Assembly (NCBI GenBank): GCA_000934665.2
Contig: JYFJ02003963.1
Span: 1 to 35,981 of the forward strand
DNA from: Catajapyx aquilonaris
Lineage: Eukaryota
Direction of reading: 5' to 3'
DNA: 35,981 nt
Shown here: piece after piece, positions 10,526 to 27,309 of the stretch
How the letters are laid out: every line of letters begins with the position of its first letter
Position numbering within the stretch: the stretch's first letter is position 1
Translations under genes and position numbers: made by a program
Notes under the pieces: generated by a model
The model's database searches: none
The model's input: only the letters and a program-made list of their open reading frames with translations
Told to the model about the DNA's origin: nothing

Positions 10526-12436
10526 TTATGATTCACTGCCATAATACATGGGCCTTCTCCTCTTCTTAGGCGCGCTATAACTATTCTGATGGACATAAAA
10601 CAGTTTACGCTCCACAAACATCGACACCAGTCGCCTAAATATCCTGCTCTGAGCATATTTCGCAATGATCTGGACAGCCTTCACAGTCCAAATCTCATGA
10701 ACAATGCAGGCTATCGACAGGGCGGTCCCAACTATCAATAAAACAAACAACTGCTTCATATCACGCAACCGAAGAGCTTTGGGACCCTCGTCATCAATGT
10801 TCATTTTGCCAAGCTTGTACCAATTCCTCTGCTCGATTTCTCTATTCTGTTTGATTGTCATTTCGACATCATGAATCTTGAGTCCGGACTGCAGGTGAAT
10901 AAGGACACCTCGGTTGATCGCTTCGTACGTTACATCGTACATGCGAGTGACCACACCGCCCATCATGATCGGAAGGTCAGGTGTGGCTTCATGAAGATGC
11001 TCGTGATGAAACTGGTTTGTCGGATCTAACTTAAAATACCACACGTTATTTTGAGCAAAACAGGCATACTTGTCCTCCAATGCGCGACTGATACACTCGG
11101 TTAGAAAAGCATCGTACGTGGTGTTATAAATGTCCACGGAGGATGCTACTATTTGCTCTGCTGGAATGAGAGTGAGGTTCACAAACGAGTCAAAATACCA
11201 GTGGTCTTTTGACCCCCACTTGTACCCCAAGCCCAGCAAGTCCTGCAATGAGTCTATGTTCTTCGTGGTATGTGCGTTTGGAAAGTAGCCGACTAATTTT
11301 GAGCTAAACACAGCCGAGATGATCATGCAGAAAAAGAAATGGAGAAAAAATATCCAGCCAATCACTGGATCAAAAGTGGTCATACTCACCCTCAGGCCGA
11401 AGAGAGGTGGTAACATTTTTTCGGACATAATATCAGCCCAGGCTGAACGTCTACTTTGCCCTTCTTCTCTTTTTGACACAAATGTCAAAATGGTGGTCAC
11501 CACAAAAATGCAAACGATCAGCCCGAACCAAACGATTTTCGGAAAAGGCTGGATCACCAAATCGAATGTCTTTGGCGGAAACTTTCTGGTAATCATCACC
11601 ATTCTGTTAAACACGTTAGGCTGGGTGTACAGCAAAGACATGTTCGGCCTGATAGAAAAATCTTGACAAAAGCAATATTTATTCTTGCAACCTTTGACCT
11701 TGCGCGCCTTGTAATTTAAATATTGCTGCAAGAATCCATTTATGGATCGTCCTATCCAACATACGTCGACCACCCTCCCTCTAAAACTATTGGCAGTCTC
11801 TGGAAAATAAACTTCGGACGAATTCACGTCACGACGTTCCCAAACAGAGTAGTTTCCTCCATTGCAAAAGTAACAGGACGTCAAAAGTCGATAACTCAAT
11901 TCATCTTCTTTTCGCCTCAACTGATCAATCCCTATCCTATATTTCAACATGCTCACTTCTACATTCATGCAACTCTGCAGCTTATCTTTTTTCACATGAT
12001 GTATGATATAATCTCTAGCCATTTTCCAATGTCTGAACCTCTCCTTGTAGTTGTTCAGAAGAGTATGCCATACTCGTACTCGGGAATGGGTCAGAACTAG
12101 GAAGCAATGGCCAGAATTTTGTAACACCAAGGAATTTTGGTCCACTGATTTGCTGGAGTTCACCAAGGATGAGATGACTATTGGAGATGAGACCATTTTG
12201 GGCAGTTGGTCCATCCCGTTGGACAGAACTGGGTCGTCGTGGAGGATGGCCAATGAGCAGGAGGCCAGCTGTGGAGATTCGGTGAGCATTTGGGACACTG
12301 TTTGTGACAGCAGCATTTCTTCTGTCTCTTGCAGGTAGGTGGTGGACAGTTTTGGGCTGGCTGTCTCTACGTAGATGGCAAGAAAGCATAGTGTAAAGAG
12401 GAACGTCAACAGCACCGCCATCCTGTTCAACGGCAT
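10526..12436 (-). CDS. Divergent ionotropic receptor (IR, iGluR-derived chemoreceptor), intronless
   Basis: ~636-aa single ORF (first ATG 12436, alternative 12421) with a signal peptide. M1 QPFPKIVWFGLIV, M3 MIISAVFSSKLVGYF followed by IDSLQDL, S2 end LIHLQSGL, M4 PKALRLRDMKQLFVLLIVGTALSIACIVHEI. Confidence 0.82.
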   Translation of the reverse strand: MPLNRMAVLLTFLFTLCFLAIYVETASPKLSTTYLQETEEMLLSQTVSQMLTESPQLASCSLAILHDDPVLSNGMDQLPKMVSSPIVISSLVNSSKSVDQNSLVLQNSGHCFLVLTHSRVRVWHTLLNNYKERFRHWKMARDYIIHHVKKDKLQSCMNVEVSMLKYRIGIDQLRRKEDELSYRLLTSCYFCNGGNYSVWERRDVNSSEVYFPETANSFRGRVVDVCWIGRSINGFLQQYLNYKARKVKGCKNKYCFCQDFSIRPNMSLLYTQPNVFNRMVMITRKFPPKTFDLVIQPFPKIVWFGLIVCIFVVTTILTFVSKREEGQSRRSAWADIMSEKMLPPLFGLRVSMTTFDPVIGWIFFLHFFFCMIISAVFSSKLVGYFPNAHTTKNIDSLQDLLGLGYKWGSKDHWYFDSFVNLTLIPAEQIVASSVDIYNTTYDAFLTECISRALEDKYACFAQNNVWYFKLDPTNQFHHEHLHEATPDLPIMMGGVVTRMYDVTYEAINRGVLIHLQSGLKIHDVEMTIKQNREIEQRNWYKLGKMNIDDEGPKALRLRDMKQLFVLLIVGTALSIACIVHEIWTVKAVQIIAKYAQSRIFRRLVSMFVERKLFYVHQNSYSAPKKRRRPMYYGSES

Positions 12437-12983
12437 CACATTTGGGGTACACACGTTGGCATCAAAAAGTGTCTAGTGTGAAAGTCTTTTGTCGAGCACA
12501 TTGCACTCACTGCAGTTCGCTCTGTATGCTTTCACTTGCACTGGTAACTCACAACAGTTGTTAGCATTGAACTATTACACTTGACTGTCACTTGTATCTG
12601 AGGTGAAGTAGCGGCAGCTGATAATAATAGTCCTCTGGTCAGAAAGGTGCTTGTAATCATGGCGTGCGAATACTGTGCAGGCGACAGAGAGACTAACACT
12701 CAAACTAAGTCCTCTTGGCATACTAATATTGATTGCTCACCCCTCCCGGCCTTCCCATTTATTATTCATTTTGCCTTGAAATTGTCTTGACAGAAGGAAG
12801 CAATTACTACGCAAGTTATTGACTAAATTGTGGATCAAGGAAAATGTTTCCCAAATAAAGGAGTTTTCGGATTATGATGAAAACTATATTAATATGCAAC
12901 CATGCTTCTGCTGGAAATGATTTGGGGATTTTGTCTTTCTGACCCAAATATTGCGAGGCAGTATACAGTCCTGTAGTAAATTA

Positions 12984-13297
12984 CTAGCAGGTTACCCGGT
13001 GTTGCCCGGGTAAGTTATGGTGGTAGGCCTACAATGTAATGAGGGCATTACCATGGAAATCTATGAATATTGTTAAATAGGTAATTGGCAATTGGTTAAT
13101 TGGGAATATGCGTGTTATGGGTGTTAGGTTCATTTTCGGAAGCTGAAACATGCGGCATTAAATTCCTTGAAAAATGTAACTCCCGATATGCTAATTTAAG
13201 GCGGTGTAGGGGCCTTCCCCCGGATTTCTATAAGGGATAAACAAACTGACAAATTGACAAATAAACTGACGAACTTCCTTATTTATAGAGATAGAGA
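12984..13297 (-). mobile_element. Non-autonomous Helitron
   Basis: Minus strand: A|TCTCTATCTCTATAAATAAG, then GTCAGTTT/TTTG microsatellite-like repeats. The 3' hairpin TTACCCGG-gcaaca-CCGGGTAA is followed by cctgCTAG|T, giving canonical TC...CTAG ends inserted in AT. Confidence 0.85.
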
Positions 13298-13981
13298 TGT
13301 ACTGCGTAAGCTTGCATGTTGTGAGTATTTTCTAAATATGGCAGATAGCATGACATATCACCCCTCTAGCCTAAATGCAATGTATTGGTTTTTGGGATAG
13401 ACTCTATTCTACTGTATGGTATAGAATTATTCCATCAGCATCATTTTCTGCTTGAGGCAACATTTAAACTATACACAATATTTGAACTTTTTAGTCTAAA
13501 CAACTCATTTTCCAAGTACCGTAGACTATAAAGAACCTTGATGATCATAATTTTTCTTCAAACCTGTTAGCAGAAATAATTATTTCTAAATTCAATTCAG
13601 TCGATTTCTTCGAATACTGTATTCTGGAAAGCAGACATTGTCTCTGGCTGACATGACAATAAAATAGAGATACATAAACAGGCACTTTAAAACGTTTTCA
13701 TGTGTATGAGCCAGTGTAAAACGTTAGAAACAATAGAGAAATTATATGCAGCTTTTTTTAAGTTTCAGAGGATCACAAAAGGCTAGCAGTAATGACAGTT
13801 ATTATCTCCACTAATGATGAAAGGAGATCATTTCAAACCACGCAAGTTATACAGTATACGTATTATGCTAGAGAGACTCGAAAAAGTAATATACATGACT
13901 GTCAACTATTCCTGGCCCACACAGTCTTACACTGCCTATTTCCTCCAGGATTTTGATATACTATTAGTTTTAAATATACAA

Positions 13982-14737
13982 CTGGTAAAACCTCTAAATA
14001 TAATTAACGCTTTCCAAGGGACCGACCCAAAGTAGCATTATAAGCGGGATAGTGTTGTATGTGGGAAATACAATTTAATTCGCCCTTTTCTCAGGAAATG
14101 AATGCCTTCATTGCTGCTATGTAGATGAATGCTTATAAACCATGTTTACCTGACCTGACCTGCCCGCGTTCCACGTAGTCTTTTCTGAAAGTTTGGGACC
14201 ATCCCCATCGAGAGGTTTTTCATTTCTCAAGCTTAAGCTTACAGTCCTTCTTCCTTCAAAAACACTATAAAACAAAAAAGGAATGGTGTCCTAGGTTCCA
14301 CAGAAGCGCAGATTTTAATTGCTTTGTCTTGAGAAAATTTCGACAAAAGCTTACATTTTCAACTATAAATATTAATAAATAAAGGTGACAGTCACGAATT
14401 GACATGTGGTTTTTTTCTTGTGACAAGAAATAAACGCTGAACAAGGGAAAAATCCACAAAGTCTTTTAAAAATCTGTATCTGAATAAGAATTTGTCCAAT
14501 TTCCATCACTTTCCTTGCTATAATCGCGATTATGGGGAGAAAAGTGCCGGAAATTGACGTTATATGTGGGATAAGTGTCTCTGGGGACTAGGGAAACTGA
14601 GCATTATATACGGAAAGCGTTAAAAGCGGGAAGTGCTATAACTGGGAAAATTTACATTGGGCCTTATGGGAGGATGATCAAGGGACCGGCAAAAAGGAGC
14701 TTTAAAAGCAGGAAAGCGTTATATCGAGGTTTTACTG
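13982..14737. mobile_element. pogo/Tigger-like non-autonomous element
   Basis: Right TIR ggaaagcgttatatcgaggttttactg|TA, a degenerate left TIR ggtaaaacctctaaatataattaacgctttcc, and shared subterminal aagggaccg and taagcggga motifs. Confidence 0.65.
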
Positions 14738-14950
14738 TATTTTAATACTGCTTACTAAAGTTATTAACTATGCACAGTGTCACACAGCCATTAAACGAAG
14801 ATATTGGTACCGTACTCTGCCTGCAAATTGACGTAAATAAAACCAACAAATTTTGTGCCAATCTTTTTCTTTATGCTTTTGTTATTACGTAAATAGTCCG
14901 AAATAGAGCGACGTTACAATTTTTGAAACTAATCTTTTATGCCGCTTACG

Positions 14951-21816
<6,866 letters not shown>

Positions 21817-22980
21817 TGTGATGAACTTTTAGCTCTTCTCCTCTTGACTTAGTAAAATTCACAGCAGCTCAACGACCAAAAAGAGGTTTCGTCAGCTTGG
21901 TTTCAGACCTGCAGTTCATACAGATGTTCCATGCAGCACTGAAGAGATAAATATCTAATGAATAAAGCTCACCAGAATATGTACAACGTTACGCCGTGAA
22001 TGATAAAAATGAGTTCCGTGAGTGTTCCCCTCTCCTCTCTCCATCCCCGTTACTAGGATAAACAACTGGAAAAATTATCAATTGTTAGGAATAATTAATC
22101 TGTCATGGCAGCAACATTGAATATAGGGATTATTTGAAATTACATTTGGGCAGGGTTTCTAGGGTTTTATTTTTTGGCAAGAGTGGTAGTTTGACATAAT
22201 TATTGTAGCTACAGACTGCGCCACAGCCTGCAAAATATTAGCCTCTATTGACGTCAGTAATACGGTATTGTTTGGTACAATAATGATTTCAAAATGGTAC
22301 AGAGGGCTTGAACACTTGATGGGCATTGAAACTGTTATGCTAAGTACGTGTAGGTTAGGCTACTTTCATTCAGTGACCTAGTTTTTCTTGGAGAAATAAT
22401 GTTAAATACCCGTTGCCCAACAACAGCAGTTGATGTATATTTCAGCAGAGATTTTGATAAAGGAAATTAACACAGTGATGCAGCCTGATCACGATTAGGG
22501 TGCTCAAGTAGTTTGGCCTACTTTGCAAATGTGTCCTGATAAAGGTAAATAATATGTACAATCGCGAGCATAAAGTTGGAAACCCTGTGCGCCTTCTTTG
22601 ACCTTTCTTTATCCGACTCAAATTAATTAACTCTTTTTGGACCAAGTTAGCTGCTTCAGGCGTGTGTTTGTGTATTTATGACAGTATATTTGATACCGTA
22701 ATAGCGAAGATTGGCAGAGCAGCCTGCCGTTTCCAACTTTATGCTCGCGACTGTACAACTGTGAAACCTATCTATAGCAAAATCTTGTCTATTGCGGATC
22801 TGGGAGCGGGATAGGTTTCCTTTTGCATTTTCGTCGAATACAGCAGAAATGGGCACATTTTAGGTATCAGTAAGGAAAATGATGTATAGACCAAAATAAT
22901 TTGTAATACATTAATGAGAGATAGGGAACAACAATATGAAAAATGTTTTCTTGGTGTTCCCTACCTTCCAACTGGTATCA

Positions 22981-23103
22981 TACCTGCTGTCCAACAAGAA
23001 TTGTCGCAGCGGCAGCGCACAAACTACAGTCTCTCGTGTCCCTGTGCTCGTAGATTGTAGTTCGTGCGCTGCCGCCGCGACAATTCTTGTTGGACTGATA
23101 GTA
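22981..23103. repeat. Short inverted repeat, probable MITE
   Basis: gtccaacaagaattgtcgcagcggcagcgcacaaactacagtct (22989-23032) pairs with agattgtagttcgtgcgctgccgccgcgacaattcttgttggac (23052-23095). Confidence 0.75.
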
Positions 23104-23196
23104 CAGTTTTAATCACCATGTACACTGTATGATGATTATTGTGATACCCAAGGTGATAACCCATAACTTTCTTTTACAGGAGAGTCAACCATTACC

Positions 23197-24219
23197 ATGA
23201 AACCAGTGACTGTAGGGCATCTGACCAAAATTTCATCCTCCAGTTTGCAATGGAAAATTGATGCATTTCCTTCTTACCTGACAATAAGATCACCTGAAAA
23301 ACTGGAATCACCTTCATTCAAAATACACCCTGACGTCCTGGGGCGGTGGCAGTTACGCATCTGTCCATGGGGGGATGAATTCCCTCAAGATTTTGGCTAC
23401 ATTTCAACCTTCCTTTACTACTCTCCTCCACCTGAAAGCAAAGACAAAATCTACATGTCATGGAAGTTAGCCATTAAAGACATGGACGGAGATCACTACT
23501 ACCCAGTAGTACGATCAGAGTCACATGACGAATTTTATACCAGCATGGGTTGGGGATTTGGTCGATTTTTGAGCCATGACGAATTCAGAAATAATGCAGA
23601 GATGCTGGTGCCAGGAAACACACTGACTTTGGTCTTAAAGTGGGACATTGACTTCCAGCAATCGTTGATAGTCACCACACATGCCACGTTCAAGCTGTGC
23701 GAAGACTTTCAGAGCCTTCTGGAGACCGGCGATTACTCTGACTTCACCATTGTCAGCGCAGATGGAATTGAGACTCCTGTCCACAGAGTGATCCTGTCAG
23801 CCAGAAGCCCAGTGTTTGCCGCCATGCTGAAGTACAACACATTGGAGAAGCAAACGGGTGTGGTCAACATCCAGGACGTGGGCCACAAGGCCATCCAATC
23901 AATCTTGTTTTATATGTACACTGGAAAGAAGCCCGAGAAATTGCAGACCATGGCGGCTGAAATCCTGAAGGCGGCTGATAAATATGACCTAGACATTCTC
24001 AAGATTATGTGTGAAGCCCACATGAGCATTAACCTGGAGGTGCCCAATATTACTTCAACGCTGAAATTAGCCCAGACACATAACTGCAGCTTGCTCAAGA
24101 GAGAGTGCATTCTTTTTGCTGCCAAAAATTTGGAGGCGTGGAAGAGTTCGTCTCATTGGCAGGAGGAGGACTTACCTGAGGATGTCATGAGAGAAATTGA
24201 GGAAACCAAATTGACATGA
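23197..24219 (+). CDS. MATH-BTB/POZ protein (SPOP/roadkill/TDPOZ-like Cullin-3 adaptor), single coding exon
   Basis: MATH: WKIDAF..LESPSF..WQLRICPWG..YISTFL..GWGFGRFL..LTL. BTB: SDFTIV..VHRVILSARSPVF..MYTGK..AADKYDL..LKIMCE. Splice acceptor ttttcttttacag at 23179 just upstream; AATAAA near 24295. Confidence 0.9.
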   Translation: MKPVTVGHLTKISSSSLQWKIDAFPSYLTIRSPEKLESPSFKIHPDVLGRWQLRICPWGDEFPQDFGYISTFLYYSPPPESKDKIYMSWKLAIKDMDGDHYYPVVRSESHDEFYTSMGWGFGRFLSHDEFRNNAEMLVPGNTLTLVLKWDIDFQQSLIVTTHATFKLCEDFQSLLETGDYSDFTIVSADGIETPVHRVILSARSPVFAAMLKYNTLEKQTGVVNIQDVGHKAIQSILFYMYTGKKPEKLQTMAAEILKAADKYDLDILKIMCEAHMSINLEVPNITSTLKLAQTHNCSLLKRECILFAAKNLEAWKSSSHWQEEDLPEDVMREIEETKLT

Positions 24220-25040
24220 CATTTGTACTTATTGCACTGTCATCGGTCACTGAATTTCAGCCTGTGTCCAAGCCACCAATATTTTTAAAATTAAAATAAA
24301 TTTAATGTCATTATCAAGATATAGCCTACTCTATGCATATCTGATTTGCATATGATTGAATCAAGGTCTTGGATTGGATGGCACACATGCATCACAGTCA
24401 TGTGGTCTGAATCACCTTCAATGAGCGACACTAGGCTCAAGCCAAGTGCAATGACTTCGGTTATGGTAAGTTCATAGTTCAGGGAGTACTCAAGCAAACC
24501 TGAGATGCTAGACTCCTAGAGCCTAGAGCAATGGCACATGAAGGTTCAGTGAAAGTTGCAGTACGTCCAGGCATTGCTTTGAATGCCCAGGTGTCAGTTG
24601 GAACTGTCAGTGGAATGTTTGGGTCCATTAGAGATTGGCAAGCAGTGAGGCTCGCTTGTTCAGTAGTTGTCTAAGGAGTAGGCTAATTATGAGCTCATTA
24701 CCGTATTAGGCGACTTCTCCAAAATCAGTCATATCCTGCTCAACTAGGCAACCACTACATGTGTGACTCATTTCCTGTGATCGTGCCTATATAAAGGTGC
24801 AATATGGGTTGTGGCATTTGCATGAGGGCTGGGTACTCATACTGGTGCCTCATCTCTCCATTTTTGACGAATGTTACTGCCACAAGGAGTTCCCTGGGCA
24901 ATGCGCAACAACAGTTACCACTGAATGAGTAGCTTCGTAATTATTATTTTCATCCCGCAGCCAGTCTGGTACAAAACATCTATCTCACAACACAGAGATA
25001 GATTGAGAAACATCATTTTTAGCCCTTTTTTCCGCTACAG

Positions 25041-25301
25041 CAGGGGTTCTTAAACTGTGGGGTACACCTCCCCAAGGGAGGTGTAGACAGCCTCCAGGGG
25101 AAGTGTGAGTTGTCACAAAACTAGAAATAATTTTATCAACATTTTATGTACACAAAATTCTAGAATGCCCAGGGATGGAGAACTACGTATGTAACAATAA
25201 AGTATCAGTAACTCCTGTCTTCAAGGCCAGAAACGTGGGAGGTGTCAGTCAAAAGATTTTTCCAAAGGGAGGTGTGACAGCAAAAAGTTTAAGAACCACT
25301 G
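25041..25301. mobile_element. hAT (Charlie-like) MITE
   Basis: TIRs caggggttcttaaac / gtttaagaaccactg, an imperfect 8-bp TSD cgctacag/cactatag, and repeated ggaggtgt subterminal motifs. Confidence 0.8.
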
Positions 25302-27309
25302 CACTATAGAGGGCCCTGAGAATTGAGCATACACAATAAAAATAAGTCTGCTAGCTAATAGCCTCAATTTATTTCCAGTACTGCCCATACAGGTGGGACA
25401 TCTCTCTTTCAATATACCGAAATGATAACTGCATTGTGGTTTTGAAATGTAATGTATGCACAAAGCATTACAAAGTAAAAAAAATACATAATTTTGTCTC
25501 GCATCGAAAAAGTCACTGTTACGGGTGAAAAGGGGAGAGCGATTTCCACATCATCTGCTTCATTATAAAGAAAGTACCACACTGGAAACTTTTAGGCTAC
25601 TTCTGTATAAAAATAAAATATTCCGTATAAAAATTGAGCACAAAATATCATGTACACAACTCCAATAACATGTATCCTGCTGGCTTTTTTGTTGCACTTT
25701 TAAATGCACTGGAAAGATCCCCAGCACTATTACAAGAATATGTCAATTTCCTCATTTGCATTACATTAATTTATCCACGCCATTCCAGTTTTCCAATCTC
25801 CATTCACAGTAACAATCACTTCAAAAATTAAAAGTTAAAAAAAATTAATATCATAAAGTCAGTGGATAAAATAATACTGATGCCATGAAAAAAATAACTC
25901 ACAAGTCAAATGCTCATTGCTATGACATGGCAAGCTTGTCGCAAATCATAAAAAAGAAAAATGAGAAAAGGAAAAAAGAAAGAAAAAACGAGAAACACTA
26001 CTGAAGGCATATCTAACAATAACATATTGGTACCTCAAATATTGTCAGAAACAAAGAAATTCCAAAACGTGGATTATATCCAGCAATCACAAAGAACGTC
26101 AATTTACTGTTATCACAACACCTAGGCCATTTCCCCAGCATGTTACTAAAACACGTAAAGGACTACAAATTCATATGGTGTGACTGCTGGAAAGACAAAA
26201 AAATGCTAGCTTGTAAGATAAGAAATTTGTAGGTCTCACGTTTCACTCTGTTATTCTGTTAAGACATTTGGTGCAACCTTTGGTGCCTATTAGAAATGTG
26301 AAAGCTCGAATGGCAATGCAGAGCTAAGATATACTCAATTATCTCACCTCTGTAGCTCTGGCTTGCAATATATTCTAAAAACCTTTTCTAGTTAAGTGCT
26401 ATCAAGCACCATCTGCATCAAATCGGGGTCATACAAATTACATACCATACCATACTTGCTAGCATTCTTACTAAAGTGTACCTGAATAATAAGAAATAAG
26501 AAAGAACACTCATCTTGACTTCCCAATTTTGACTTCGAGGCGAACCCCTAACCTTCATCAACATATTCCCCTCAGGAACGAGTGTCATTAGACTGTTTTT
26601 AGTGCAATGTTTTGTGCTTCTAAGCATGGCAATCTGGTTTTATGTACCTCAAAAAGGATAAGTAAACTTTTCTACGCTGGTAAACAAAATGTAAGTGACA
26701 ATTTAAACTAGTGCCAATCAAAAAACTCTTTCAAGAAAGAAAGACACCCAAGATGAAATTAATAAACTAATGAGAATGCAGCTTCAAGCAGTATTGGGAT
26801 AAGTTTCAAAGTTGCCAAAATATCAAGCCAAACTAACTTGTAGGTTTTTAAGATCAGAAGGACTGGGCCAATTCAAATGGAGTTCTCTGTGGAAATGAAC
26901 TCAGGTTTCACAGGTCGAGTCTGGTGGAATTTAGCATCATGTTTGGAAGAGAGAAGATACTTATATCTACATATTAACAAAACTTACATTGCACTGTAAT
27001 TTGCACAAAAATACACACCAGGTATACGAAGGGGTAGAAAGAAAAAAAATTTAATAAACAAAAAACAAACTGATGTTAGGCTTCCCCTCATCTACTGAAG
27101 GAAAATAAGCTTCACTGATTGGTTGATATTCTCTCTTTTTAAATTACCATATCTTACCACAACTCCAAATGGAGATTCATGCTTTGGGCATTTATCCCTT
27201 TCAATTGCACAATGTGCTTAAATTTGAAATCCCCAAGCATTTCTCTCTCCCCCTTCCAAACCTGGTCCAATTCTACTCGGTCCAGCTAAGTTTTTAAAAA
27301 GCAGCAGAA

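Noticed and set aside
22249..22256. Perfect CRE (TGACGTCA) between the divergent ATPase and MATH-BTB genes.
   Set aside because: The same 8-mer occurs at several unrelated places in the window (~7248, ~16786, ~33316), and there is no independent support.
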